Part shown: positions 25,364 to 40,009 of the stretch, piece by piece | Numbering within the stretch: position 1 is the stretch's first letter | Layout: every line of letters begins with the position of its first letter | NCBI RefSeq assembly: GCF_009914755.1 | Contig: NC_060936.1 | Origin: the human T2T-CHM13v2.0 reference genome, Homo sapiens | DNA: 64,000 nucleotides | Direction: 5' to 3' (one strand) | Made by a program: the position numbers and the translations under genes | Notes under the pieces: model-generated | The model's input: the letters and a program-made list of their open reading frames with translations, nothing else | Databases searched by the model: none | What the model was told of the DNA's origin: nothing

Positions 25364-25714
25364 AATAAGTAAGTCAGCAAATAACATCCAGTCCACTGAA
25401 ATAATCAAGTAAAACCATTCTGCAATGTATATATATACTTCAAAACTTTATATTATACATAATAAATACATACAATTTTATGTCAGTTAAATCTTTTTTA
25501 ACATTTTGAAAAAAAAATTCTTTCATGGTTACTTTCCATAATGGCAGAGAAAAGTTGGAAGTGGGCTCCAGATTCCAGGTAGTGGGGTAGAAAAGACTGG
25601 GATTAAAAAGAGTCTGGTGGGGGCAAAATAAATACTCTATGGATTAGATATTGAGAGAGTTTGTAATGTCCCTACCTTGGGTATTCCTACTGAATGATCC
25701 CTAAATTCTAAGTC

Positions 25715-25930
25715 AGGTGGTGTGAAGGAAAAAGCCTGGATTTTAGTAACGTAGTAGACTGGGGTGAATTGTATTCTACCATTTCTCACTGCATGATATT
25801 GGAAATATCTTTGAGTCTCACGTCTTCACTCGAACAACAACAATAATGCCCACCCGAAGAATTGTAAAGATTAAATTACATGGCATGCAAAAGTCCCAGT
25901 CACACCATAAACTGATAAAACATAGCTTAA
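25715..25930 (+). mobile_element. MIR fragment
   Basis: Weak MIR similarity ('ggtgtgaaggaaaaagcctggatttt', 'attgtaaagattaaatta'). Confidence 0.5.
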
Positions 25931-26179
25931 TTTCCTTTCCTTCCATACTTAACCATAAGTTCTGGGCAGAGAGTAACCTTATTTTAAGCATCTTTATATT
26001 TCCCATAGATCTGTCCCAATTGTAGATCTTTAAGAATATTTGTTAAGCAAAGCAACCAATAAAGCTAGTAAAGTTAGAGCCATCATCCTTTTATTTCTAG
26101 CACAGAATTAATGACTCCATCTGTAAAAACAGCCCAGCACTATGCCTTCTAAAGGCATTTTTCAAAATCGTGAATTCAT

Positions 26180-26900
26180 TTTGGATGTCTTGACACGTAA
26201 GATTTCAGTTAGACATTCAAGTGTATACAGGTCTAGTGCTTAGGAGAACAATCTAGACTAGAGATGTGGAGCTGGGAGCCATTGGCACCTAATTGAAATA
26301 ACAGGAAAGCAATTGTGTAGAGCAAGAAGACTAACAGGTCATGTCAGGATCCTACAAGGTATCAACATTGAAGTCAGCCCCCAAAGGAGCATCCAGAGAA
26401 AAAGAAGAAATACAAACAAGTGTGGTATCACAGTAGTCATGACACAAGAATTTTTCAAAGAGGGAATGAATGCTCAATAATGCCAAATGTTGCTGAGAAG
26501 TCTAGGAAGATAAAGTCTGAAGGAATGGAGTAGGTAGTCAGGCTTAGTCACTGCTGAAGTCACTTCTAACTGGTCCTTCACCTCTGGTCTCACCTTCAAT
26601 CCATCTTCCCTGGAATAATTATTTATCTAAAACACCAGCCTGATTCTGTTTTTCTCTTCTTAAAGCTCTCCCACGCTTCTCTGCTTCTCATAAAATCCTA
26701 AGTTCATAGTATTGTAGGCATAGCCAGCTACAATTTATTTCATTCGTAGACTTTCATCTTCCCCGAAATTATATTTTTGCCCAACATTTGCGTACACTTC
26801 AGTCTCAGCCCTTCTCCTTCCTCTTTATTCTTTGAATTCCATGTGAATGTCAGTTCCTTGCAAATATCCACTGATTCCCTCGAATTTAATCTTTCCTTTT
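26180..26900. mobile_element. L2 fragments in opposite orientations
   Basis: Antisense L2-like purine-rich tract ~26180-26530 then sense L2-like tract ~26560-26900. Confidence 0.5.
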
Positions 26901-28154
26901 CTGTGCATCATAGGAGTTGGTATGTATGTTGAAGATGCTGCATTCGGCTGCACAGCACTCAAGCTACGTGAATAAAGGCAGCTAGCTACCTTGATTAATT
27001 CATAGATCTCATATCACTAGTGTAATTATGGGTTAACTTCTCTTTCTCCCTTTTAGATGATAAGAACTTTCTCCCTCTTCAGGGTCACGAACAGAGCTGG
27101 AGTCTCTTTCACCTTTATAATCCAATCATAAAGCAAAGCTCCCAGTAAGGCTTGTCTCCTTGTAGAATGTTGCAAAGCTAAATAAATCATAACAAATAAC
27201 AGATAGAGCTTGAAAAACAAGTTTACCTTCTATATGGGCAATGAATGGCCACACATAACTTAAATTGGAGTTCTATTGAAAAGATTCCATTTCTTGTCAC
27301 ATTCTCACTAAAAATTAGTGGGCAAAGTTTAATAGACTTTTCTAATTCTACCAATCACTGGGGAATTCTAGTTCACAATTATTTAAGGACTGAGTTTTTA
27401 ATGGTTCCCAGCTTTACTTCTTGCTGATCTCTTAATAATCTGACTACCTGTAACATTTCCACCAGATATTACAAGAACAGACCAATAAAATTCAAAGTGA
27501 CTCCTTATAGAAGCAATCACCAACACTTGTTAAAGGAAATTTAAATAACAGCTTAAAATATGGCTTCATAATTATCTCTGATTGTTCTCTATAAATTCAC
27601 CTAATTGAAAATGACAAATATCTAAAAAATTAACTGAGCATACATATTTCGATGCATAATGTTTAAATGTTTATTTTCTCAAAAACCCCAGAATTTGAAA
27701 AATCAGTTTTTCTTGCTCATGAACAAAAACCTTGCAAATTTGTCTTCTGAAGGGCCAGCCTTTTGAAGCATTTTATTTCATAATATGTTTGTCACTGAAG
27801 CTATATTTAAAGGTATATTATGACCATTATTTGTTTTCCTTTGACTTAATATAAGGTAAACATTAACTTTACTTATAGAGTGTTAATAGGCTGAAATTTT
27901 ATGTCAAGCTTTTAAAAACAATTTTTCCTAGAAAATTAGGTCAAACGTTGGGATGTTTTTCCTTAAAATCAACAGGTACGATTTTAAGGCCATACACATC
28001 CTAAAGTATACTTCATGAAATAAATAAGATTCACAGTTTAATTTCTATAACTCATACAATTTTGGATAGAAATATTCCCAGAATAATATAATTTTAATTT
28101 CATTGAAAGAAAATTAATTTATAGAGTTGTAGCAAAGATCAAAAGCTAATACAG

Positions 28155-31100
28155 ACAGAGCAGGGGTGGGGGGAGCAAGATGGTGGAATAGAAGCCTACA
28201 CTGTTTGTCCCCCCGGAAGAGCAGCAAATTTTAACAACTATCAACACACAGAAAAGCACTGTCATAAGAACCAAAAAATAGATGAGCAATCACAGTGCCT
28301 GGTTTTACCTTCATATCACTGAAAAAAACATTGAAGAGCATCAGAGAGAAAGTCTTCAATTGTTTACACCACCCCTCCCCCATCCCACAGCAGTGGCTGT
28401 GTAGTGCAGAGAAAGAATCTGTGCACTTAGGGGAGGGAGAGGCAAGTGATGGGGGTACTTTACAATGAACTCAGTGCTGCCCTGTCACAGTGGAGAGCAT
28501 GCTGGGCTCAGCCAGCTCCCACGCATGGAAGGAGCATTTGGACCAGCCATAGCCAAAAGGGAATTGCCCCTCCCAGAGGTCAAAACTTGAGTTTCTTGAT
28601 GGGCCTTGCCACCATAGGCCAAGTGCTCTGGGGTCCTAGGTAAACTTGAAAGGCAGTCTGGGACACAAGGACTGCAATTCCTAGTCCTGAACTGGGCTCA
28701 GAGTCAGTGAACTAAGATGGCATGTGACCTAGGGAGGCACCAATTGTCATGAGGAGAGCTTGCACCATCCCTCTCCCAACCCCAAGCAGTACAGCTCATA
28801 GCAATGAAGGGAAGAGCCCAGTCCTGGCAGAATTCATCACCTGCTGACTAAAGAGCCCGTGGCCGCTGAATAACAGGCAGCAATACCCAGGTATTATGCC
28901 ATGGGCCCTGGGCTCTGAGATGTGCTGACTTTAGGTGTGACCCAGCACATTCCCTGCTATGGTGGCTATGGTGAAAGTCTCCTTCTGTTTGAGAAAAGCA
29001 GAAGGAAAAAATAAAAGGGACTTTGTCTTGCACCTTATATACCAACTCAAACACTGTAAGGTAGAGCAACAAACAGGCTCTTGGGGTCCCCAAGTCAGGG
29101 CCTAGCTCTTAGACAGCATTTCTGGATCTTTCGTGGGCCAGAGGGGCGCCTACTGCCCTGAAGAGTGAGTCCCAGGCCTGGCAGCATTCACCATAAGCTA
29201 ATTAAAGAGCCCTCGGCCTTTGAGTGAACATTGGTGGTGGCCTGGCAGAACCTCCCATGGGCTGTGGTGGGAATCTCCCTGAGCCACACGGAGATGCTCC
29301 TCTGCCTGTATAAAGGGAAGGAAGAGTGAGGGCTTTGTATAGAGGTTTTATTGTCTGCTTAGCAGCAGTAGAACAGAACATCAGGCAAATTTCTAAGGTT
29401 TCTGAGAGCCAATTTCTGGCTCTCAGACAGCATCTCTGGACCCACCAAGAGTCTAGGGAAGCTCACTTCCCTGAAGGGAAGGACACAAACCTGGCTGGCT
29501 TTGCCACTTGCTTATTGTAAGCCTGTAGGGCCTTCAGTGAACATAGGTGATAGCCAGATAGCAGTTTGTGGCTCAGCACAGAGGGAAAGACTCCATTTGT
29601 TTGGGAGAAAGTAAGGGAAAAGAACAAGAGTCTCTGCCTAGTAATCCACAGACCTCTCATGGATCTTATCCAAGACCACCAAAGTGGCACCTCTATGTGT
29701 CTCCAAAAACCATACATTACTGGGCTTGAGGCCTAAGTCCTTTCAAACATCTGGAAAGCCTTCTCAAGAAGGGTGGATACAAACAAGCCCAGGAGGTGAA
29801 AACTACAATAAATACCTTACTCTTCAATGTCCAAACAATGACAAATATATACAAGCATTAAGATTATTCAGGAAAACATGACCCTACCAAACAAACTAAA
29901 TAAGGCACCAGGGGCTGATCCTGGAGAAACAGAGATATAGATATGTGACCTTTCATACAGACAATTCAAAATTGTTGTTCTGGGCAAACTCAAAGAAATT
30001 CAAGATAATACAGAGAAGGAATTCAGAATTCTATCAGATAAATTTAACAAAGAGATTGCACCAATTAAAAAGGATCAAGCAGAAATTCTACAGTTGAAAA
30101 TGCAATTGACATACTAAAGAATGCATCAGAGTCTCTTAACAGCAGAACTGATCAAACAGAAGAAAGAATTAGTGAGCTTGAATACAGGCTATTTGAAAAT
30201 ACACAATCAGGGGAGACCAAAGAAAAAAAGAATAAAAGAGAATGAAGCACACGTACAAAATCTAGAAAATAGCTTCAAGAGGGAAAATATGAGTTATTGG
30301 CCTTAAAAAGGAAGTCGAGAAAGAGATATTGGTAGAAAGTTTATTCAAAGGGATAACATTAGAGAATTCCCTAAATCTAAGGAAAGATATGAATATTAAA
30401 ATACAAAAAAAGTTATAGAACACCAAGCACATTTAACCCAAATAAGACTACCTCAGGCATTTAATAATAAAACTCCCAAAGGTCAAGGATAAAGAAAGGA
30501 TTCTAAAACAGCAGGAGAAAAGAAACAGATAACATATAATAGAGCTCCAATAAGTTTGGTAGCAACTTTTCACTGGAAGCCTTACAGCCCAGGAGAGAGT
30601 GGCATGACATATTTAAAGTGCTGAAGGCAAAACAAAAACAAAAAACACTTTTATCCTAGAATACCATATCCAGTGAAATTATTCTTCAAGCAAGAAGGAG
30701 AAATAAGGACCTTCCCAGACAAACAAAAGCTGGAGGATTTCATCAACACCAGATCTATCATACAAGACATGCTAAAGGGAGTTCTTCAATCTGAAAGAAA
30801 AGGATGTTAATGAGCAAGAACGAATCACCCGAAGGTACAAAACTCACTAGTAATAGTAAGCATACAGAAAAACACAGAATATTATAACACCATAATTGTG
30901 GTGTGTAAACTACTCTTATCTTAAATATAAAGGCTAAATGATGAAACAATAAAATAACAACTACAACAACTTTTCAAGACATAGACAGTACAGTAAGTCA
31001 TAAAGATAAGCCACAAAAAGTTAAAAAGCTGGGGGACAAAGTTAAAGTGTAGAGTTTTTATTAGTTTTCTTTTGGCATATTTGTTTATCCAATGAATGTT

Positions 31101-33579
31101 GTCATCAGTTTAAAACAATGGGTTATAAGATGGTAACCTCAAATAAAAAAGCATACAGTAGATACACACAAAACACACACGCAAAAACTTAAATTATACT
31201 ACCAGAGAAAATCACGTTCACTAAAAGGAAGGCAGGAAAGAAGGAAAAGAAGAAGAAAAGACCACAAAATAACCAGAAAACAAATAACAAAATAGAAGTC
31301 AGTCTTTACTTATCCATAATAATATTGAATGTAAATGACTAAACTTTCCAATCAAAAGGTCGCTGAATGGTTGTAAAACAAGGCCCTAGAATCTGTTGCT
31401 TACAAGGAAACACACTTCGTCCATAAAGATATACATAGACTGAAAATAAAGGGATAGAAAAAGATATTCCGTCTCACTGGAAACCAAAAAACAGCAAGAG
31501 TAACTACATTTATATCAGACAAAATAGATTTCAAGACAAAAACTGCAAGAAGAGACAAAGGTCATTATATAATAATAAAGGGGCAAATTTAGCAAGAGGG
31601 TATAATGATTGCAAATATATATGCAGCCAATACTGGAGCACCCAGATACATAAAGCAAATATTATTAGAGCTAAAGAGAGAGGTAGACCTAAATACAACA
31701 ACACCTGGAAACTTCAACATCCCACTTTCAGCATTGGACAGATCTCCCAGACAGAAAATCAACAAAGAAACATCAAATTTAATCTGTACTATAGAGCAAA
31801 TGAATCTAATAGATATATGGAACATTTTATCCAAAACCTGCAGAATACACATTCTCCTCCTCAGCATGTGAATCATTCTCAAGGATAGACCATATGTTAG
31901 GTTACAAAACAAGTCTTAAAACATTCAAAAACTTGAAATAATATCATGCATCTTCTATGACCACAATGAAATAAAACTAGAAATCAGTAACAAAAAGGAA
32001 TTTTGTAACTACACAAGCACATGGAAATTAAACAATATGCTCCTGAATGACCAAAGGGTCAATGAAGAAATTAAGAAGGAAATTGAAGGCTGTTGTAGTG
32101 GCTCACATCTATAATTCCAGCACTTTGGGAAGCCAAGATGGGAAAATCGCTTGAGCCCAGGTGTTTGAGACCAGCCTGGGCAACACAACAAGACCTTGTC
32201 TCTACAAATAACAAAAGGAAAAATTGGGTGGGCATGGTGGCATGTGCCTGTGATCCCAGCTACTTGGGAGACTGAGGTGGGAGGATCACTTGAGCCAAGA
32301 AATTTAAAGATGCAGCAAGCCATGATCATGCCACGACTCTCCAGCCTCAGTGACAGAGTGAGACCCCATCAAAAACAAAAAAGAAGAAAAATTTCTTGAA
32401 GCAAATGATAATGGAAACACAACATACCAAATCTGTGGGATATAGCAAAAGCAGTACTAGGAGGGAAGTGTATAGCTGTAAGTGTCTACACTGATAAAGA
32501 AGAGAAACTTCAAATGAATAACCTAAAAAGTATGCTAAGAAACTAGAAAAGCAAGAGTAAGCTGAACCCAAAATTAGCAGAAGAGGAGAAATAATAAATA
32601 AATAAATAAATAAATAAATAATAAATATCAGAGACAAAATAAATGAATTTGAAATGAAACAAAAATAATACAAAAGAACAACTAACAAAAAGTTGGTTTT
32701 TTTAAAAAGATAAACAAAATTGACAAAGTTTTAGCCAGACTAACAAAGAAAAAAAATGGGAGAAGATTCAAATAAATAAAATCAGAGATGAAAAAGGAGG
32801 CACTAAAACTGATACCACACACATTCAAAGGATCATTAGTATATACTATGAGCAACTATATGCCAATAAATTGGAAAATCTAGAAGAAATAGGTAAACTC
32901 CTAGACACATACAGCCTACCAAGATTGAAATATGAAGAAATCCAAAACCTGAACAGATGAATAACAAGAAAAGAGACCAAGTCATAATAAAAAGTCTCCC
33001 CGTAAAGGAAAGGGTAGGACTGAAAGGCTTTATTGCTGAATTCCACCAGACATTTAAGGAACTAATACCAATCCTACTCAAGTATTCCGTAAAATAGAGG
33101 AGGACAGAATACCTCCAAACTCATTATATGAGGCCAAAACTAGACAAAGACACATTATTCAGCATGGTACTGGAACTCTTAGCTAGATAAATCAGAAGTA
33201 AAGAGCATTCAAATTGGAAAGGAAGAAAAAAATACACACAAATCAAACCCACAAATTATTCTTGTTTGCAGATGATATGATCTTATATTTGGAAAAATCT
33301 AAAGAATCCACCAAGGAACCTCAAAAATCTACCAAAACCTAAGGAATCCACCAAAAAACTATTAGAACTGATAGGCAAATTCTGTAAAGTTGCAGCATAC
33401 AGAATCATCATACAAAAATCAGTAGCATTTCTATATGCCAACACAAAAAATAAATGCTTGAAGGGATGAATACTCCCTTTTTCCATGATGTTATTACACC
33501 CATTGCATGTCTGTATCAAAATATCTCATGTACCCCCTAAATTCATGTGCCTACTATGAACCCACAAAAATTAATTTTA
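28155..33579 (+). mobile_element. L1MA (MA1-MA3-like) LINE-1 with both termini, internally deleted
   Basis: 5' 'gagcaagatggtggaatagaagcc', ORF1 remnants ~29880-30810, endonuclease NIYAANTGAPRYIKQILLELKRE (31605-31871), FADD motif ~33266, L1MA 3' end; TSD aaaagctaatacag at 28141-28154 and 33580-33593. Confidence 0.92.
32088..32385 (+). mobile_element. AluJ nested in L1 ORF2
   Basis: Alu dimer with 'ggaggatcacttgagcc' right arm; L1 sequence continues on both sides. Confidence 0.92.
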
Positions 33580-33959
33580 AAAAGCTAATACAGTACAACC
33601 AAGATGTGCAAAGGATACAGAGTCTTTATTTTCTTATTCTTATAAACTCAATCTCTTCCAGATTAAATAACCTGTCTGGTAAATGTTCAGCATTTCAAAC
33701 TTCCTTCCTCTCTCTTGCTTCTACCAAATATGTCATCTTGGTGTACATGCACTGATGCACCTTCATGGTGGCAAGGGTGGGGGGCATCTGGGATGTCAGT
33801 CACCATCTGAGCTCTGGCTGCTTCCAGCCTAGGATAACAGTCTAGTTCATGAAGCGGTATCTGCTAAAGTAAAACTAGACCTGTCTGTCTTTGGAGATGT
33901 GCTGGCATTCACTGCTGAGGTCAATAGCAGCAGCCAGTTCTCTCTGATCTTGAACTCTT

Positions 33960-34780
<821 letters not shown>

Positions 34781-35099
34781 TAGGGTTGGTAAATAGTGCG
34801 GAGGACTCAGAATTATTGTGGTGTTTGCTCCAAGACCTTGGCATTGAATGAAGTGCAACAGAGGTCTAAAATAAGGTCGAGCAGTGAATGGTACAATAAA
34901 CGGAAGGATTTAAAGTTGGATGGAGTCAGCAACAGCCTTCCCCCATCCATTCATGTTCTCAATCTTTTAGATTTCCATATTTGCCCTCTTATCAGTCTCT
35001 ACTGGCTTTCATTTTAAAATTCCAAAGGCGCTAACAATTGACAAAGATGTATATTTTTGGTCAAAAATGTATGAAGTGCCTACTAAAATTTTTGCACTA

Positions 35100-35510
35100 G
35101 TGAAGGTAACACTAGCTGCTATAACAAAAGTACTCCAACTATATAGAAGTTTATTTCTTGCTGAGACTACCAATCCCCTGTGATGTACCCAGTTGGCAAA
35201 TGGGTTTTTCTACACGGGGATTTAAGGACCCAGACATCCTCCATCTTATGGTTCCACCCTTGCTATCAATTACTCAGCATCCAGGTGTGAGGGAAAAGGG
35301 AAGGTGGGACAAATATAACATATGTTCAATCACCTTGACCACACACATCACTTTTTCTCACATGCCATTGGTCAGAACTAGATCACAGCACAACTGGATG
35401 CAAAGAGCCAAGGAAAATGTAGTTCCTGCCTAGGTTTCTGTTTTCCTGTGACGGTTCTCTACCACGGAAGGAAAAGCATAGAACTTGCTGGACAGTGAGC
35501 TTTCTCTCTC
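35100..35510 (-). mobile_element. Old MaLR LTR (MLT1J/K/L-like)
   Basis: 'ctagctgctataacaaa', 'gaagtttatttcttgct', 'cacatgccattggtcagaactag..' and 'ggaaaatgtagttc'. Confidence 0.65.
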
Positions 35511-35689
35511 ATGCCTGCCATATGCTGTACAAGCATTCTCACATTCATCACTTCATTTATTATTAGATCACCCTTAGAAGGTATTATTATCACCCATTAT
35601 AGCAACATTACACAAAAGAAGAGATTGACACTCAAACAGGCAAACTGACTTCCAAAGACTTTAGAACATTACTTTCTTTGTGGAGATTT

Positions 35690-36230
35690 GTATTTTTAAT
35701 ACAGCCTTTATTGCCATATAATTCACATACCATACAATTCGCTGAATTAAAGTGTACAATTCCATGGTTTTTAGTATATTCACAGAGTGCAACCATCGCC
35801 ATGATCAATTTTAGAAAATTTTTATTGTCCCCAAGAGAAACCTTGTACTCATTTTACTACCTATTTCCTCTCTACCTCCTTGTAGCCCTAAGCAATCACT
35901 CGTCTACTTTCTGTCTCTATAGATTTGCCTGTCCTGGGCATTAAATATAAATGAGATCTTATGACTTGTGGCCTCTTGTGGCTGGCTTCTTTCACTTAGC
36001 ATAATGCTCTCAAAGTTCATTCATTCTTTAGCGTGTATCAGTACTTCATTTATTTTTATTGCCTAATAATATTCTACACTTTGTTTACCAATTTTTGGCT
36101 ATTAGGAATAATGCCACTAGGAACATTTGTGAAAAAGTGGCTGTGCCAGTTTACAATCCCACCAACAGTGTATGAGAGTGTTAATTTCTCCACACCCTCT
36201 CCAATATTTATTATTATCTGTCTTTTTCAT
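35690..36230 (-). mobile_element. L1MB/MC 3' fragment
   Basis: 'acagcctttattgccatataattcacataccatacaattc', 'ctggcttctttcacttagcataatg'. Confidence 0.8.
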
Positions 36231-38077
36231 TTTGGCAAAATTTGCATTTTGAAAGATGACTGTTTCTAGCAAATTCCAGGCCTAGAAATTATGGTTCAGT
36301 TCCCCCAGTAAGAATCTAGACAAGGAGTGGCATGAAAAAGTTTAAAGGATGGTTTGTCTTTTATACTCTTTCTTCCAGATACGCCTGCCCTAATCTGCTG
36401 GTTTTACTTCATATTCCAGATTTTTCCTGATCATCCTTTTCTTGATACTCCACGATAGATACTTGGGTGCAGAAGTGTTGAGCCATTTGTTTTGACCCAA
36501 CCATTTTGGCTCTGTGGATGTTCTGACCTGAGAATCTTTTGACCCCTGGGTTTAAGAGTAGAAAGCATTGCATCAGAATTATACTTAGATGGATAAATAC
36601 TCATTTAAAAAGTACTTTTAGTTCTAATTTCTATTAAGCTACTTTAATTTCTTGATAAAGTTTTTGTATCCCAAGGCACTAAAACATTTCTAATTTTTTT
36701 TCCATTTTGACTTTTAATTTACTGAAATTCTTTTCATTGGAATCAATTATTTTCCACATAAGGTTTAAATAAAAATGTTTTCCAATGTGGGGATTTTTTT
36801 GGTAGTGTTCATATTAAATTCTTACTGATTATAGTTTCTGCAATTACAAATTTTCTGTTATGGTCATTATTTGTACCAAATTCAATTGTCTTGAGTCAAA
36901 TTATTCATATTAAACTTAGTAAAAAAGATTGGATTTTTCGGTCAATTTGAAGGCAATCATAAATTTTAACATGTTCCAATTTAGCTGTTCACAGTTTTAT
37001 TTAGTATTGATTACTTCTGCCAAGTTTAATTTTTTCCTTTTCAATACTTGCATGTTTCAAGACGAGCATCAGCATAATTCTTCAGTCAGGTTTTCATCTC
37101 AAACATATGTTACCATGTGTTCTTTTAACTGTTGTCATTGTCTTTTGTGCTGATCATTTCTACCAATAATATTCGGTATGAATTGGATAAAGGACTAATT
37201 ATTGATTTTTTTTCCTATTTAGCTAATTCATAAGAAAACTGCATGGTTTCCCCCAGCTGTGTCACTATTATTCTGCTGTCTGAAATTTCTCTGTATTGAT
37301 GACCTAATTCTTCAACATATTTCCAATCAATTTGTGTGTTTAGTACTAACTGCCCATGTGGATAACAGGGCAAAATGCAAATGATGGGATCAGAATATTC
37401 TTGGGAAGTCAGCCAGAGAAAGATAAACATCACATATTCTCGCTCATATCAGAGAACTAAAAAAAAAAAAAAAAAAAAACTGGAAAGTTGGGGACCTAAT
37501 TCTAATAAATTTCAGCATTTGGCTATTAAAGAATGTATATACTTGGTGTCAAATGTTCCTGATTCAAGATATGCTAGGCATTAAAATAATCCAGTGTTAC
37601 AAAATTAATCTGGTCAATATATTCTACACCCGACTAATTGTTAGAATTAACTGAGGTACTTCTTTTAAACATACACGTTCCTAATTTACCCCTTTCCATA
37701 TCTGTCTGTCCCTGGCTAGCAATCTGTCACTTTATAGTCTCCCAGCATCTCTAATATTTTTAAAGTTCCTTCAGTAATTTTAATGTCTATCCACAAAGGT
37801 TTGGGAGCCTCCTGGACTAAGCCATACTAGTAGGAGGCTGTTCACATGGATCATGCATATGACCGAATCATCAGGTAATCTGATGGAGTAGGTATGAATG
37901 TCAGTCTATAATTCAACACAGGAAAGAAATGGAACTTTATTTTCTGTAATTCAACTTATTTTCTACTTTTGAGATGCCCATCTACCACAGAGAGGAGAAT
38001 AAGTCCAAGTTAGCCCAAGGTGTCCTTGTTTTGTCCCAGGATGGGTCTGAAGTAGAGAGATAGAGAGGCAGTTTTAG

Positions 38078-38506
38078 TGACAAGGCATTTCAAGTGGAAG
38101 GCTGTTGTGTCACCTGCAGAAGCAGATGACATAACCCACCCAAACGCATGCAGTTTGGATGTCAATACTGATGATGCCACACACATACATCAAAAGAGTA
38201 TAAAAATGTTTATTAATCACATAATTGAAGTATCTGGGGACAACAGGGCAGGCCTCTCAAGAAAGTCTGAAATGAAAGAGCAAAGAAAGGAGACTGGCCT
38301 TGGTTTTTATGATAGCTAAGGAGTGGGGCAGGGGACAAGAGTTCCTACAGGGCAGGCGATTGTGGTTTGGCTGGTACCAAAATTGAAAGCATGAGGCTTT
38401 CTTATCAGCTCGTCCAGATGTGGGGCAGAAGGGGAGGAGAGAGAGATGAAGCTTAAAAGCTGTGAGCAGTTGAATATTAAATTATGGAGTCACACTCTTC
38501 ATCACA
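38078..38506 (-). mobile_element. ERVL solo LTR (LTR52-like)
   Basis: Reverse complement begins tgtgatgaagagtgtgactccat.., has AATAAA (+ strand tttatt ~38209) and ends ..tgtca. Confidence 0.6.
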
Positions 38507-38609
38507 AGGGCAAATGCCCTTGATTTTATTTGTCCACACAGAAATTCTCTGAAGAAACCAGAAACCTGTCTGATCCTAGGTCTTTCATAGTAATTATTAT
38601 GGTGGTTAG

Positions 38610-38835
38610 AGTTATGAATTAATTACAAAGTCCCAAGAACTGCTGTGTTTTATGTGTATATTTCATTTAATCTTGACTGTAATCTTATGAGACAAGTACT
38701 ATCATTATTCCACTTAATAGATGAGGGAAGTGAGGCACAGAGGTAAAACATCTGCCTCAGCTGGTAAGAGGCAGAGCTGGGATTCCAACTCAGGCTGTCT
38801 GGTTCAGATTCTATACTCTAACCTTTGCATTATAC
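38610..38835 (-). mobile_element. MIR SINE
   Basis: 'atttcatttaatctt...agatgagggaagtgaggcacagagg...gcagagctgggattccaactcagg'. Confidence 0.8.
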
Positions 38836-38989
38836 CACTGTTTCCTATCTTCCTGGTCCTTCTCATCCTATCACTACATAATATGACTGAGCTGCTTTGG
38901 TGCATGGTACGTTCTTTGAGATGGTCTCTACTTCTTTTTACTTGGGACTCTAATTCTGGAGGCAAGGCTCAGGTCCCTACTCTCCAGAA

Positions 38990-39441
38990 ACAGACTGGCC
39001 AGCATTCTAGAATAAATCAAGTGATACTTTCCAGTTGAATAATTTAAGACAATTTCATAAAGAAAATATAGAAAGAGTTTTGGAAAAGCAACAAGAGATG
39101 AGATCGGGAGCCATCACCACCCTACACCGCAACCTGAATGAATGAAGGGAGGAAGTGGCCCAGGAACTGAGAAAGTGAGCTGTGTGGAGAGTGCCCTCTC
39201 AGAGGAGCTGTGGCTTTCTGAGGAAGAGCATAGCTGTGAAGGCCTGGGAGACATACCCTGACCTGACTTTCTTCTTGTTCTCCAGATCTCTTGCCGGTGC
39301 CTTCTACTGGCCAAACCCAATAGAAAAATGGAGGATCAGAGAATTGTTTACGCAGTTTATATGCATCAGCTCCCCTGAGGCACCAGGTAGGGTGAAGGAT
39401 AGAAAGTATCCTGGGGAAGTAAAATGGAAAATGTCCATTGT
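38990..39441 (-). mobile_element. ERVL LTR (LTR33/LTR41-like)
   Basis: 'ctccagatctcttgccggtgccttctactggccaaacccaa' and terminal 'aaaatggaaaatgtcca' resemble the LTR33-family reverse complement. Confidence 0.6.
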
Positions 39442-39514
39442 AGGCTTATCAATATCTATGCTTTTATCCATCCACCCTCCTCCTCCTCTTTTTTCTATCT
39501 CCAGTCCAGGTAAA

Positions 39515-39552
39515 CACACACACACACACACACAGACACACACACACACACA
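39515..39552. repeat. (CA)n microsatellite
   Basis: Read directly. Confidence 0.95.
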
Positions 39553-39908
39553 TTTGGACAGGAAGCTGGTAGGGTCAGGGAGCTCTTTCTCTCTCTTTAC
39601 CCCCAAGCCCTCTTTTGTCCATTTGTTAAGAGCCCACTCAACTGCAAATACTAAGTAGCTCCCATATATTGGCTTAAACACAAGATTGTGTCATATGACC
39701 ACCCAGGACGAGATGAGTATGTGCCCAGCAAGTAGTTTTAGCTGGTATAATTGGAATTCTCCTTAAAAGGACAGAGGAAACATGTATTAGGTAGGCAGCT
39801 ATCAGTGCTTGGCATTCTTGCTATTTTATTTATATAAGAAATCCCCTCTGTTCCCTTAACTGCTCAGGCCTTTGGAAATCAAACCCAGGAGACTTACAGG
39901 CTTTCTGA

Positions 39909-39999
39909 CATATGATATATATATATTATATGATATATATGATATATATATCTCAGATATATATATATTATATATATATCTGAGATATATATATATCAT
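39909..39999. repeat. AT-rich microsatellite with internal palindrome
   Basis: (AT)n tracts around inverted tctcaga (39951) / tctgaga (39979). Confidence 0.9.
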
Positions 40000-40009
40000 T
40001 GATGTAGAG

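Noticed and set aside
27040-27150. Acceptor-like pyrimidine tract plus AG and a downstream GTAAGG suggesting a + strand exon
   Set aside because: The donor is weak and the segment resembles a decayed L2 3' end; there is no independent support.
39182-39681. Longest ORFs in the track (158 aa on +, 125 aa on -)
   Set aside because: They run through an old LTR and a (CA)n repeat (THTHT / CVCVC), with no protein-family signal.
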